Part shown: piece after piece, positions 11,958-22,146 of the stretch | Layout: the number at the start of each line of letters is the position of its first letter | How positions within the stretch are numbered: position 1 is the stretch's first letter | Source of the DNA: Longimicrobiales bacterium | Lineage (GTDB): Bacteria; Gemmatimonadota; Gemmatimonadetes; Longimicrobiales; Gaopeijiaceae | Direction: 5' to 3' | Assembly (NCBI GenBank): GCA_965202985.1 | Contig: CBDBCF010000002.1 | Coordinates: forward strand, 448,001 to 512,000 | DNA: 64,000 nt | The notes under the pieces: model-generated | What the model saw: only the letters and a program-made list of their open reading frames with translations | The model's database searches: none | Told to the model about the DNA's origin: nothing | Program-made: the position numbers and the translations under genes

Positions 11958-13772
11958 TCAGTAGTCCGGCGGCCGCAAGTAGGACTCCGCCGAACTGTCC
12001 GACAGCACCGCCGAAGCGGGCGGCCGTCGCTTCCAGTGGGTGCCCGCCAGCCGCCGTCGCACGACCTCCACGTCTTGGGCCGAGAAGCCTCCCGCCACCA
12101 GGACGCCCGGCGCATGGCCCCGAACCAAGCCCAGCAGGATCGGATCCGCCCGGTGGTACGAAATGCCCAGCTCGTCTTCGTCGTGCACGCCCGGCACCAG
12201 GTCGGCGCTCGGAGGGCTGGCGACGATCTCGTCCGGCACGCCCAAGTGGCGCGCCAGCGCCGTCACCTGGGTCTTGAACAGGTCTCCCAACGGGTTGACC
12301 GGCAGGGCGTCGTCGGCGTGCCAAGTGAAGTAGCCCAGCAAGCGCTCGCTCTTGTTGCCGGTCCCCAAGGGCAGGGCCGCCAGCTTGGCCGACTGGTCGA
12401 ACAGCACGGCCGCCCGAACGCGCGCCGCGAAGTTGCCTCGGCGCAACCCCGACGCGCCCGCCTCGTGAGACGCCAGGTACCCGTCCACCGCACCGGCAAC
12501 ATCCAGCGTCCGCGCTTCGACGCTGGAAGCGTCCAACGCGAGCGCCGCACGGGCGCGGCCGGCGGCGCTGGAAGCTGCGTCGGGCAAGCGAAACCCAAAG
12601 ACGTTCTCGGGCCCGAGCGCCCTGCAGGCCAGAAAGAGGGACACGGCCGAATCCACGCCGCCCGAGACGCCCACGACGACTCGCGAGAAGCCCCGGCGAC
12701 CGGCGACCTCGTCTTGAATGAAGGCCAGCAGCGCAGTCTCGACCAGGGCGGGATCGACGACCAGCGCCGCCTCCAACTGGCGCAACAACGAACCGTCGCT
12801 GTCGGAAGACGGCTTGGAAGGCGCTTCCGCTTCGGTGCCGGGCGACCCGGGCTCGCGCCCCACGCTCCTGGCCGGGGGCGCACCGCCGGCCTCCGGCCCG
12901 GCCCCCGCTTCGGCCGCCAGGTCCAGCGAGCGGCGAAGGTGCGGCAGCGCAGAGCGCAGATCGGCCAGGAACGGTTGGCGAGCGCGCACTCGGCCGATCT
13001 CGCCCGAGCGCACCAGAGCCCGCGCGGCCCCTCCGCCGAACAAAGGTCCCCGCGCAAGCAGCTCGCCGCCGGGACCCCACGCGGTCGACCCGCCGGAGAA
13101 CAACTTCCCCCCTTCCGATCCGACCAACTGGGACACCATCACGAAGACGCCGTGCTCGCGGGCTGTCCTCCCCGCCGTCCGGTCCCATTCGTCCAAATTG
13201 CCCGGGCGGGGCGCGGTCGAGGCGTTCGGACGGGGCGCGAACCCGCGAGCCGGAGACGCCGCGACGCACAGGATCAGACCTGCCCCGTCCAGGGCCAGAA
13301 CCGTGGCGGGCAGCGAGTGCCACAGATCCTCGCACACCAGCAGGCCCATCCGCCCGAAGCGCGTGTCGAAGGCGCGCACTTCCCTTCCCGGCTCCACGAA
13401 CCGCCCTTCGTCGAAGAGACCATACGTGGGCAAGAACATCTTCCGATGCACGTGGACGAGATGGTACCGTCCGCCCCGTGGCGTCAGATACGCAGCGCTG
13501 TTGTACACGCCCTCGTCGTCCTTCTCGTAGAAGCCCAGGACCACGTCGCAGTCGCAGCCCGGGGGCGGTTCGCCCAGGGCGCGCGCCAGCCCTTCGCGCG
13601 TCAGGGCGACTTCCCTGGTGCCGCCCTCCACGAAATACCCCGAAAGCACCGTCTCCGGGAACACCACGACGTCCGCTTCGGGGTCGAGCGTCTTCCTTGC
13701 CGCGCCGGCGTTCCATGCAACGTCGCCCTTGCAGGGCTTGATCTGGGCCAGCACGACCCGGATGGAGCGCAT
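11958..13772 (-). CDS. nadE: Glutamine-dependent NAD+ synthetase (nitrilase-like glutaminase + synthetase)
   Basis: E-K-C triad (FPE, HRK, VCED); SGGVDS, GTGNKSE, PLGDLFKTQV and PPSADL motifs; start MRSIRVVLAQ. Confidence 0.92.
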   Translation of the reverse strand: MRSIRVVLAQIKPCKGDVAWNAGAARKTLDPEADVVVFPETVLSGYFVEGGTREVALTREGLARALGEPPPGCDCDVVLGFYEKDDEGVYNSAAYLTPRGGRYHLVHVHRKMFLPTYGLFDEGRFVEPGREVRAFDTRFGRMGLLVCEDLWHSLPATVLALDGAGLILCVAASPARGFAPRPNASTAPRPGNLDEWDRTAGRTAREHGVFVMVSQLVGSEGGKLFSGGSTAWGPGGELLARGPLFGGGAARALVRSGEIGRVRARQPFLADLRSALPHLRRSLDLAAEAGAGPEAGGAPPARSVGREPGSPGTEAEAPSKPSSDSDGSLLRQLEAALVVDPALVETALLAFIQDEVAGRRGFSRVVVGVSGGVDSAVSLFLACRALGPENVFGFRLPDAASSAAGRARAALALDASSVEARTLDVAGAVDGYLASHEAGASGLRRGNFAARVRAAVLFDQSAKLAALPLGTGNKSERLLGYFTWHADDALPVNPLGDLFKTQVTALARHLGVPDEIVASPPSADLVPGVHDEDELGISYHRADPILLGLVRGHAPGVLVAGGFSAQDVEVVRRRLAGTHWKRRPPASAVLSDSSAESYLRPPDY

Positions 13773-13861
13773 CGGCGGCAGCTCCTCTTCGGCAGTAGGC
13801 GCAAAATCGGTCAACCTTCTAAAATAAGGGAGACTCCCCCGCAACCCGGAACGACATTCCC

Positions 13862-15544
13862 ATGCCCACGTCATCGCGCGCCAGCTTGGCGTCTCTTGCA
13901 ACTCTCGTCGCCGGGCTGCTTCCGGTGCCCGCGCAGCCCGCGACCGCCCAGAGCGGCCAGAGCGCGGAGACGCCGCCCGTAGTCGCTTCCGGGAACGGGG
14001 TGGTCGGCCGATCCCAGGCCCCGCCGGAAGCGGCCCGAGTCTTTCTGGAAGTCTTCCGGGCGATCTCCCGGAACCACGAGTCGGCCCCCAGCGATTCGGC
14101 CCTGTGGGAAGACGCGATCGAGGGCTTGGTCGAGCAGCTGGACGACCCCTACGCCGTCGTCCTCAGCACCGACGACTTCGCTCGGTTCACCGAGGACAAC
14201 ACGGGCAACTACGCGGGCATCGGCGTCCAGATTTCCCTCTTGGGCGGGCGTGTCACAGTTACGGCCGTCTTCGACCAGACGCCTGCCCAGCGAGCCGGCG
14301 TGACTCTGGGCGATCAGATTGTGGAGGTGGAGGACGAAGACGCTCGCGAATGGTCCCTGGACCAAGCCCGAGACGCGATCCGGGGCCAGCCCGGGTCGGT
14401 CGTGCGAATACGGGTAGCCCGCGAAGGGTTTGCGAACTTGGTTCCCTTCGCCATCACGCGCGACAACGTTCACGTCCCGTCGGTGGAGGCGACTCGGCTC
14501 GCGGAAGACGTGGTCTACGTCCGTGTTCACCGGTTCGCCCGCAATGCGGCGCTGGAGCTGGCTTCGTCGCTGGACTCGGAGCCGGACGCCGCGGCGTTCG
14601 TCCTGGACTTTCGCGGGAACCCGGGGGGGTACCTGGACGAATCCCTGCACGTCGCCGACTTGTTCCTGACGCCAGGCCAGGTCGTGGCCAGCGTGGACCA
14701 GCGGGACGCTGCCGGCAACGTGCGCCAACAGTCCTTGCGAGCGGCGCGGCCGGCGCGGATCCCGGGCAAGCCTGTCGTGGTCCTGGTCGACGAGTTCACG
14801 GCGTCGGCGCCGGAGATCGTGGCGGGCGCCCTGCAGGACCACGATAGGGCGCTGGTCGTGGGCGAGCGCACCTTCGGCAAGGGGCTGGTTCAGACCGTGT
14901 ATCCGCTCAGCGACGGTCGGCGCATTCGGCTGACCACCGGGTCGTGGTACACCCCGCTGGGCCGCTCCCTGCACCGCGCGCGCCACCGGAATGGGGTTCC
15001 GATCCGTCCCGAAGTGCTCCGGGCGGCGATTGCCGGCGCCGCCGACAGTGACGAGGCGGTGGTGGCGACCCCGGCCGGCCGGCTCATGAAGGCGGGGGGC
15101 GGCGTGTACCCGGACGTGGAAGTCGTGGCCGACACCTTCGGAATCGAAGTGCGGCGGCTGGTGGACCACGCGAACGAGCAGCAGGTCCTGCTGTACGCTC
15201 GAATGGAGGAGTACGCCTTCGGCCAAGCCAAGGCGGCCCGCGCCTCGGGCGACGTGCGCCCGCTGCCGTCCTCTGCGTTCGACGAGCTGGCCCAGGACTT
15301 GATCGACGCCGGGTTGGGCGCAGCGCTGGTCGACGACCCGGTGGCCCGGGACTGGCTGGAGTGGCGCACGCAAATTCGGTACCTCAGCCGGGCCGGCGCC
15401 ATGGACCTGGCCTTGTCGGTGCAGGCACGGCACGACCGCGTGCTGGCCGAGGCGGTCCGGCTGGCGCGCTCCGCCAACACGACCGACGAGCTCTTTGCGC
15501 TGGTGGGCTCGACCGAAGAAGAGGTCCCTTCCCAGTCGCGCTGA
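13862..15544 (+). CDS. S41 family C-terminal processing peptidase (PDZ domain)
   Basis: Signal-like N-terminus; LDDPY, YAGIG, LDFRGNPGG, TASAPEIVAGALQD and TFGKG motifs. Confidence 0.9.
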   Translation: MPTSSRASLASLATLVAGLLPVPAQPATAQSGQSAETPPVVASGNGVVGRSQAPPEAARVFLEVFRAISRNHESAPSDSALWEDAIEGLVEQLDDPYAVVLSTDDFARFTEDNTGNYAGIGVQISLLGGRVTVTAVFDQTPAQRAGVTLGDQIVEVEDEDAREWSLDQARDAIRGQPGSVVRIRVAREGFANLVPFAITRDNVHVPSVEATRLAEDVVYVRVHRFARNAALELASSLDSEPDAAAFVLDFRGNPGGYLDESLHVADLFLTPGQVVASVDQRDAAGNVRQQSLRAARPARIPGKPVVVLVDEFTASAPEIVAGALQDHDRALVVGERTFGKGLVQTVYPLSDGRRIRLTTGSWYTPLGRSLHRARHRNGVPIRPEVLRAAIAGAADSDEAVVATPAGRLMKAGGGVYPDVEVVADTFGIEVRRLVDHANEQQVLLYARMEEYAFGQAKAARASGDVRPLPSSAFDELAQDLIDAGLGAALVDDPVARDWLEWRTQIRYLSRAGAMDLALSVQARHDRVLAEAVRLARSANTTDELFALVGSTEEEVPSQSR

Positions 15545-15604
15545 CGCCGGCTTGGGGCGCGTGGCCGGCGCCGATCGGCCGATCGGGGAGCGAGGGCCAG
15601 CGCG

Positions 15605-16528
15605 TCAGCTTCGCGGGTGATGGGTCCGGTGGACGCGGCGCAGGTGCTCGCGGTCCAGGTGCGTATAGACCTGGGTCGTGCCGACGTCGGCGTGTCCCAG
15701 CAGCTCTTGGACGGCCACCAGGTCCGCCCCGCCCTCCAAGAGGTGCGTGGCGCACGTGTGGCGAAGCGTGTGGGGCGAGATCTTGCGCTCGATGCCCGCC
15801 CGCTTGGCCGCGCGGGACACGATCGTCCAAACGGACATGCGGCTCAGCCGGGCACCGCGGTGATTCAGGAACAGGGCGCTCCCGCTTCCGCCCCGGTCCA
15901 GCTCCGGGCGCGTGCCGGTCAAGTAGCGCTCCACCGCCCGGCGGGCCGGCCCTCCCACGGGCACGAGCCGCTCCTTCCCCCCCTTGCCGAATACCACCGC
16001 GCTCTCGTCTTCCAAATCCAGGTCCTGCACCGACATGCCCGTGAGTTCGCTGACCCGCATTCCCGTGGCGTAGAGCAGCTCCAGGACCGCTCGGTCCCTC
16101 CAGTGAGCCGGCGAGTCCGGGTCCACGGCCTCCATGAGTCGCGCGGCCTCCGCCTGCGAAAGGAACTCGGGCAGCTTCTTGGCCTTGACGGGACTGTCCA
16201 TGCGGTCGGCCGGGTTCTCGGACAGCAGCTCCTCGGCGACCAGGAACCCGAAGTACGCCCGCAGCGCCGACTGGGCCCGGCGAATCGACGACGCGGCAGC
16301 GCCCCGCTGGCGAAGGTGGGCCACGTAGCCGTCCAGGATGCGGTGGTCGATCCGGGTCAGCGCCGGTGGCTCTCCGCCGTCCGCCCAGTAGACCAGGAAG
16401 TGCTTCAGGTCGCTGCGGTAGTTCTCCAGGGTGCGGGGCCGAAGCCCTCGCTCCAGCGCAAGGAAGTCGAGAAACGGTTCTGCATGGCACCCGCGCATGA
16501 GGGCGTCCGTTCGCGACTCACCGCGCAT
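15605..16528 (-). CDS. xerD: Tyrosine recombinase XerD
   Basis: LLYATGMRVSEL, GKGGKER, SPHTLRH, LLGHAD and TTQVY motifs; ends HHPRS; start 16528 or 16498. Confidence 0.88.
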   Translation of the reverse strand: MRGESRTDALMRGCHAEPFLDFLALERGLRPRTLENYRSDLKHFLVYWADGGEPPALTRIDHRILDGYVAHLRQRGAAASSIRRAQSALRAYFGFLVAEELLSENPADRMDSPVKAKKLPEFLSQAEAARLMEAVDPDSPAHWRDRAVLELLYATGMRVSELTGMSVQDLDLEDESAVVFGKGGKERLVPVGGPARRAVERYLTGTRPELDRGGSGSALFLNHRGARLSRMSVWTIVSRAAKRAGIERKISPHTLRHTCATHLLEGGADLVAVQELLGHADVGTTQVYTHLDREHLRRVHRTHHPRS

Positions 16529-17150
16529 GGTTCGGGTCTCCGTCCTCGTCGGTCCGGCGAGCGCGACGCCACCACGTCGCCAGCGCGACGCCGACCACGG
16601 CCGCAACGACCAGCAGCCCCCGGTTGGTGCGCCGAAGAGCCTCGGCAACGGCATCCAAGTTGTCGCCGGCCAAGTAGCCTGCCCGCACCAGCGCCCCGTA
16701 CCACGCGGCCGACGCCAGCAGCAGCGGCGCCGCCACCTTGAACGGCGCTTGGCGCGTCACGCCGGCGAAGACGGGCACCAGGGCGCGGAAGCCCGGCAGG
16801 AATCGAGCCAGGAAGATCGCCGCGACGCCCCATCGCTCGTAGAACGCCGCCAAGCGCGTCATCTGCCGCTCCGAGACCCAGCGCCTTCCCCGTCCCGAGC
16901 GGAAGAAATCGGGCCCGTAGCGCCGACCCGCCAGGTAGACCGCCCACGCCCCGCCCACGTTCAGGCCCCAGACGGCCAGAAAGACGACCACGGGGTCCAG
17001 CATGCCGACGCCTGCCAGAAAGCCGCCGGCCACGATGAACGTGTCGGCCGGCACAACGGGCAGCAGGTTTTCGACGAAGGCGCCCGCCGCCAGAAGCGCG
17101 TACACCGGCGCCGGAGGAAGGTCGTTCAGGCAGGCAAGAACCTCTTCCAC
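16518..17150 (-). CDS. DedA family membrane protein
   Basis: ENLLPVVPAD, GRRYG and ARFLPGFR motifs. Confidence 0.9.
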   Translation of the reverse strand: MEEVLACLNDLPPAPVYALLAAGAFVENLLPVVPADTFIVAGGFLAGVGMLDPVVVFLAVWGLNVGGAWAVYLAGRRYGPDFFRSGRGRRWVSERQMTRLAAFYERWGVAAIFLARFLPGFRALVPVFAGVTRQAPFKVAAPLLLASAAWYGALVRAGYLAGDNLDAVAEALRRTNRGLLVVAAVVGVALATWWRRARRTDEDGDPNHAR

Positions 17151-17211
17151 GGCTAACCGGCCCGCACCGCCGTTCCGCTGCGGCGACCCGCTCGGCGCAT
17201 GCCGCCGAGCC

Positions 17212-17784
17212 CTAGCGCTGCCGCCCGGCGCCCGCCGACAGCGGCGCCAACGCGGCCACGGCGTGCACGGCGACCCCCTCGCCGTGCCCGATCCAGCCCA
17301 TCCCCTCGTTGGTCTTGCCCTTCACCGACACGTCGCCCGCGTCCACGCCCAGACGCCCGGCAAGCACGGCGCGCATCTCGGCCGCCCGCGGGCCGATCTT
17401 GGGACGCTCGCACACCACCACGACATCCACGTTCGCCACCCGCCAGGAGGCCCGGCGCAACAGAGCCGCGACCCGGCCGAGCAGCGCCATGGAGTCGGCC
17501 CCTCGCCAGCGCGGGTCGCCCGGAGGGAAGTGGCTGCCCACATCCCCCAGGCACGCCGCGCCCAACACGGCGTCGATCACGGCATGGGCGACGGCGTCGC
17601 CGTCGGAGTGACCCTCCAGGCCTGGGCTCTCGGGGAAGCGGACGCCGCCAAGCACCAAGGGCGGCGAGGCGTCGAAGCGGTGCGAATCGTAGCCGATGCC
17701 GACGCGGAAGCCGTGCCGCCGCGGGGGCTTGCTGTTCCCGGCGTCGTCGCGAGGCCCGCCGTCTTCGGCCCCGTCGCCGCCCAC
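17212..17784 (-). CDS. ispF: 2-C-methyl-D-erythritol 2,4-cyclodiphosphate synthase
   Basis: RVGIGYDSH, GHSDGD and VKGKTNEGMG motifs; start approximate. Confidence 0.93.
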   Translation of the reverse strand: MGGDGAEDGGPRDDAGNSKPPRRHGFRVGIGYDSHRFDASPPLVLGGVRFPESPGLEGHSDGDAVAHAVIDAVLGAACLGDVGSHFPPGDPRWRGADSMALLGRVAALLRRASWRVANVDVVVVCERPKIGPRAAEMRAVLAGRLGVDAGDVSVKGKTNEGMGWIGHGEGVAVHAVAALAPLSAGAGRQR

Positions 17785-17785
17785 G

Positions 17786-19123
17786 CTAGTCGTCGTAGCG
17801 CCGGATCGCCAAGCAGGCATTGTGCCCGCCGAACCCGAACGAGTTGGTGAGCGCCAGCGTGACCGGCCGCTCCATCATGCCGCCGTGGGCGTACTCCAGG
17901 TCGCAGGCCTCGTCCTTCTCGGCGAAGTTGATCGTGGGCGGAACCTTGCCCGTTCGGCAGACCTGCACGCAGAAGGCGGCCTCCAGCGCCCCGGCGGCCC
18001 CCAGCAGATGGCCCGTCATGGACTTGGTGGAGCCCACCACGACATCGTAGGCCCGGGACCCCAGCACGGCCTTTACGGCTGCAGTTTCTGCGGCGTCGTT
18101 CTGCGGCGTGGAGGTTCCGTGGGCGTTCACGTAGTCCACGTCTTCGGGGCGTGCGCCGGCATCGGCCACCGCCATGCGCATGGCGTGCTGGGCGCCCTTG
18201 GCTTCGGGCGGGGGCGCCGTGATGTGATGGGCGTCTCCCGATAGACCGTACCCCATCACCTCCGCCAGCACCTCCACACCCCGGGCGCGCGCGTGCTCCA
18301 TCTCCTCCAGGACCAGGCACGCGGCCCCTTCGCCGATCACGAACCCGTCCCGTCCGGCGTCGAACGGCCGACTGGCCCCCTCGGGGTCGTCGTTCCTCGT
18401 GGACAGCGCCTTCATCGACGAGAAGCCCGCGACCGTCAACGGCGTCACCGCGGCTTCCGTGCCCCCGGCCAGCATAAGTTCGGCGTCGCCCCGCTCGATG
18501 AGCCGAACCGCGTCGCCGATGGCGTGAGCGCTCGATGCGCACGCCGACACGGTGGCGTAGTTGGGGCCGCGCAGCCCGTAGCGGATCGACACCACGCCCG
18601 CCGCGATGTCGGGAATGAACATCGGGACGAAGAAGGGGCTGACCCGCCCCGGCCCGCGATCGATGAGCGCCCGGCAGTTGGTCTCGAACGTCTGCATGCC
18701 GCCGACGCCGCTGCCGATGATCACGCCGAACGCCGACGACGGCGTGCCCGGAGGCGAACCCGAGAGTCCGGCGGACTCCATGGCCTCGGCCGCGGACGCC
18801 ACCGCCAGCTGCGCAAAGCGGTCGTAGCGCCTGGCCTCGCGCTTGCTCAGGTGGTCCAAGGGGTCGAAGCCCTTGACCTCGCAGGCGATCCGCGTGGAGA
18901 AGCCTTCGCTTGCGTCGAACCGGGTGACGGGACCGCCTCCCGGGGTGCCCGCCAGGAGCGCATCCCACGTGGACGGCAAGTCCAGACCCAGCGGGCTGAC
19001 GACCCCCATGCCCGTGATGGCCACTCGCCGCCTAGGCGGTTGCCCGTTCGGGTTCCGGTCCCCGCGCGGCGCTTCGTCCGGCTGCCTGCCGGGTTGCGGC
19101 ACCGCCCCGGCGCGCGTCCTCAC
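17786..19123 (-). CDS. fabF: Beta-ketoacyl-ACP synthase II
   Basis: SACASS, NAHGTST, GHLLGAAG and NSFGFGGHN motifs; GGAGG-GTG start. Confidence 0.95.
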   Translation of the reverse strand: MRTRAGAVPQPGRQPDEAPRGDRNPNGQPPRRRVAITGMGVVSPLGLDLPSTWDALLAGTPGGGPVTRFDASEGFSTRIACEVKGFDPLDHLSKREARRYDRFAQLAVASAAEAMESAGLSGSPPGTPSSAFGVIIGSGVGGMQTFETNCRALIDRGPGRVSPFFVPMFIPDIAAGVVSIRYGLRGPNYATVSACASSAHAIGDAVRLIERGDAELMLAGGTEAAVTPLTVAGFSSMKALSTRNDDPEGASRPFDAGRDGFVIGEGAACLVLEEMEHARARGVEVLAEVMGYGLSGDAHHITAPPPEAKGAQHAMRMAVADAGARPEDVDYVNAHGTSTPQNDAAETAAVKAVLGSRAYDVVVGSTKSMTGHLLGAAGALEAAFCVQVCRTGKVPPTINFAEKDEACDLEYAHGGMMERPVTLALTNSFGFGGHNACLAIRRYDD

Positions 19124-19133
19124 GCCCTCCGGC

Positions 19134-19379
19134 TTACGAAGAAGATGCGTGCTTCTTGACGTAGGCAACGGCATCGCCGACGGTGCGCATCTCTTCCGCG
19201 TCTTCGTCGGGGATGTCGATGTCGAACTCCTCCTCGAACGCCATGACCAGCTCGACCGTATCGAGGGAATCGGCGCCCAGGTCTTCGATGAACGAGGCTT
19301 CCGGGACGACCTTGTCGGCCTCGACCCCAAGCTCGTTGATGATGATCTCCTTGACCTTGGCTTCCGCGCTGTCGGACAT
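19134..19379 (-). CDS. acpP: Acyl carrier protein
   Basis: [20 protein letters not shown] motif. Confidence 0.97.
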   Translation of the reverse strand: MSDSAEAKVKEIIINELGVEADKVVPEASFIEDLGADSLDTVELVMAFEEEFDIDIPDEDAEEMRTVGDAVAYVKKHASSS

Positions 19380-19431
19380 GTCGGTGTTGCTCCCGTGGGT
19401 GAAGTGGCGCGCCTGACGTTCGAGCGGGCGC

Positions 19432-20172
19432 CTACATGGCCATGCCGCCGTCGACGGCGATGACTTGGCCCGTAATGTAACGCGCTTCCGGCCCGGCCAA
19501 AAAGCGGACCAAGCCGGCTACGTCTTCGGGTTCTCCAAGCGAGCCCAAGGGAATGCCGGTCCGGAGGGACTCGACCTGGGCTTCTCCCAGGCCGGCGGTC
19601 ATGTCGGTGCGCACGAAGCCCGGCGCGACCGCGTTGCATCGAACGCCCCGCGGCGCCAGCTCCTTGGCGGCGGACTTGGTCAGCCCGTGGAGCCCAGCCT
19701 TGGACGACGCGTAGTTCGCCTGCCCGGCGTTCCCCGACAGGCCGATTACGGAGCTGACGTTCACGATCGACCCTTCGCGACGCTTCATCATGCCCCGGGC
19801 GACGGTCCGGATCATGTTGAAGGCGCCCTTCAAGTTGGTGTCCAGCACGCGCGACCAGTCTTCGTCCCGAAGCCGGAGGAGGAGTCCGTCGCGGGTGATC
19901 CCGGCGTTGTTGACCAGGATCGAAACGGGTCCCTGCTCGGCTTCGGCCCGGATCACCACGTCCCGGCACGCCGCCGCGTCCACCACGTCGCAGGGACGAC
20001 CCGCGTGTCCGTCGCCGGGCAACGCCGCGGCGGCGGCGCTCGCGCGCTCCCCGTCTCGTGCGGCCACCATCACCCGCGCGCCGGCCTCCGCCAGGGCCCG
20101 GGACACGGCCAGCCCGATCCCGCGGGAGCCTCCGGTCACCACCGCCGTCTTGCCCGCCAGGTCGCCGGTCAC
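19432..20172 (-). CDS. fabG: 3-oxoacyl-ACP reductase
   Basis: [16 protein letters not shown] and YASSK motifs; GTGA overlap with fabD. Confidence 0.95.
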   Translation of the reverse strand: MTGDLAGKTAVVTGGSRGIGLAVSRALAEAGARVMVAARDGERASAAAAALPGDGHAGRPCDVVDAAACRDVVIRAEAEQGPVSILVNNAGITRDGLLLRLRDEDWSRVLDTNLKGAFNMIRTVARGMMKRREGSIVNVSSVIGLSGNAGQANYASSKAGLHGLTKSAAKELAPRGVRCNAVAPGFVRTDMTAGLGEAQVESLRTGIPLGSLGEPEDVAGLVRFLAGPEARYITGQVIAVDGGMAM

Positions 20173-21116
20173 GCCGCACCCTCCTCTCGTTCGAACGGCG
20201 TCATGGCCTCGGCGGCTTGCCGAGTTCCCAGGGGAAGCGTGGGAACCCCCTTCGCGTTTCGGCGGTTGAGTCCCGTCAAGACCTTGTCCGGCCCCAGCTC
20301 CGCGAATCGTGTCGCGCCCAACCGCAACATTGCGGCCACGCACTCCGTCCAGCGCACCGGCGACGTCAGCTGCCGCGCAAGCAGCTCCCGGGCCTGTCCA
20401 GCCTCGCGCACGGCCTCCGCCGTCACGTTCGAGACCACCGGAAAGGCCGATCGCGCCATGGGCACGGCTTCGATCTGCTCCCGAAACCGACCCGCCGCCG
20501 GAGCCATCAGAGGCGAGTGAAACGCCGCGGACACGTTGAGCCGCACGACCCGCTTTGCGCCCCTCCGCTTGGCGGCTTCCCCCGCCTGCCGTACGCCTTC
20601 CGTAGAGCCGCTTACCACGACTTGGCCCGCCGCGTTCAGGTTGGCGGGCGTCACGACGGTTCCCTGCGCGCTCAGCTCGCTGCACAGACCCGCCACCACA
20701 TCGTGGTCGAGCCCCATGACGGCCGCCATGGCGCCGGGCGCGGCGTCCGCCGCCTGCGCCATCAGTTCGCCCCGCCGCCGCACCACCCGCAGCCCGTCGG
20801 CGAAGGAAAACGTGCCCGCCGCGGCGTGGGCCGACAGTTCGCCCAGCGAATGGCCCGCCGCGGCCGCCACGGTCCCCAGCTTGCTCCGCACGACGCGGAA
20901 GGCGGCGACGGCGTGCACGTACAACGCGGGCTGGGCGTTTTCGGTGGCGGTGAGGGTCTCGGCGGGGCCTTCCCACATGAGGCGCGACAGGGACACCCCC
21001 AGCAGATCGTCGGCCTCCTTGAACGTGTCGGCGGCGACCGGAAAGGCGTCGGCCAAGTCGCGGCCCATGCCCACGTGTTGCGAGCCCTGTCCGGGAAAAA
21101 GCAGCCCGGTGCTCAC
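20169..21116 (-). CDS. fabD: Malonyl-CoA:ACP transacylase
   Basis: FPGQGSQ, GHSLGE and AFHS motifs. Confidence 0.95.
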   Translation of the reverse strand: MSTGLLFPGQGSQHVGMGRDLADAFPVAADTFKEADDLLGVSLSRLMWEGPAETLTATENAQPALYVHAVAAFRVVRSKLGTVAAAAGHSLGELSAHAAAGTFSFADGLRVVRRRGELMAQAADAAPGAMAAVMGLDHDVVAGLCSELSAQGTVVTPANLNAAGQVVVSGSTEGVRQAGEAAKRRGAKRVVRLNVSAAFHSPLMAPAAGRFREQIEAVPMARSAFPVVSNVTAEAVREAGQARELLARQLTSPVRWTECVAAMLRLGATRFAELGPDKVLTGLNRRNAKGVPTLPLGTRQAAEAMTPFEREEGAA

Positions 21117-21135
21117 GGTTCGGGAAGGCCTCCGC

Positions 21136-22146
21136 CTACCACCGCATGGCCGTGGCGCCCCACGTCAAGCCGGCGCCGAAGGCCGTCATGAGCACCAGCG
21201 CGCCGGGCGAAAGGCGGCCTTCCTCCGCGGCCTCGTCCAAGGCGACGGGGATCGTGGCGGACGAGATGTTGCCGTATCGGCCAAGGTTGACGAACACCTT
21301 CTCCATCGGAATCCCGGCGTAGCGCGCCGTGGACTCGATGATCCTCACGTTGGCTTGGTGGGGCACCAGAAGGTCCACGTCGTCCGCCTTCAGTCCAGCG
21401 TCCCGAAGCACCCGCGTGCCGGCCTGGGCCATCGACTTGACGGCGGACTTGAACACTTCGCGGCCCGACATGCGCAGCAGGTGCTCCTTGTTCCGCACGC
21501 GTTCCTCGTCCAAGGGCCGAGCGCTGCCCCCGGCCTTCCGTTGCAGGAGCGGGGCCATGTCGCCGTCGGACCGATGGAAGCTGGTCAAGATGCCGCGTCC
21601 GTCGGTGGCCCGCGTCACGACCGCGGCGCCGGCGCCGTCGCCGAAGAGGATGCACGTGGCGCGGTCGTCCCAGTCGACGATCGAAGACATCTTCTCCGTC
21701 GAGACGACCAAGACCGCCTCGGCCTGGCCCGCCGCAATGCACCCCTCGGCCACGGACAGCGCGTAGAGGAAGCCCGTGCATGCGGCGTGAAGGTCGAACG
21801 CCATCGACGTGCGGGCGGCGCCGATCCGGGATTGGATCTCGCACGACGTGGCCGGCAACCAATGGTTGGGCGTCGCCGTCGTGACCAGAAGCACGTCCAG
21901 GTCGCTCGCCGCCAGCCCCGCCTTCCGCAACGCCTCCAACGCCGCCCGCTCTCCCATGTCCACCGGAGACGTGTCGTCGTCCGCGATCCGCCGCTCGCGG
22001 ATGCCGGTGCGCTCGGTGATCCACGCGTCGGTGGTGTCAACCATGCCTTCCAAGTCGGCGTTGCTCAGAACGCGGTCGGGCAAGCACCGGCCCGTGGCCG
22101 CGACTTTGGCCGTCGGTGCTCCGACCGCCGTGCGACCCGTGCTCAC
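21136..22146 (-). CDS. fabH: Beta-ketoacyl-ACP synthase III
   Basis: C-H-N triad (AACTGF, HQAN, YGN); FGDGAGA; GTGA overlap with plsX. Confidence 0.95.
   Translation of the reverse strand: MSTGRTAVGAPTAKVAATGRCLPDRVLSNADLEGMVDTTDAWITERTGIRERRIADDDTSPVDMGERAALEALRKAGLAASDLDVLLVTTATPNHWLPATSCEIQSRIGAARTSMAFDLHAACTGFLYALSVAEGCIAAGQAEAVLVVSTEKMSSIVDWDDRATCILFGDGAGAAVVTRATDGRGILTSFHRSDGDMAPLLQRKAGGSARPLDEERVRNKEHLLRMSGREVFKSAVKSMAQAGTRVLRDAGLKADDVDLLVPHQANVRIIESTARYAGIPMEKVFVNLGRYGNISSATIPVALDEAAEEGRLSPGALVLMTAFGAGLTWGATAMRW

Noticed and set aside
14795..14820. S41 peptidase inactivated (TASAPE instead of SASASE)
   Set aside because: The catalytic Ser and the downstream FGKG Lys are retained.
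15605..16528. Phage or island integrase
   Set aside because: XerD-like length and C-terminus, embedded in a housekeeping operon, with no cargo or att sites visible.
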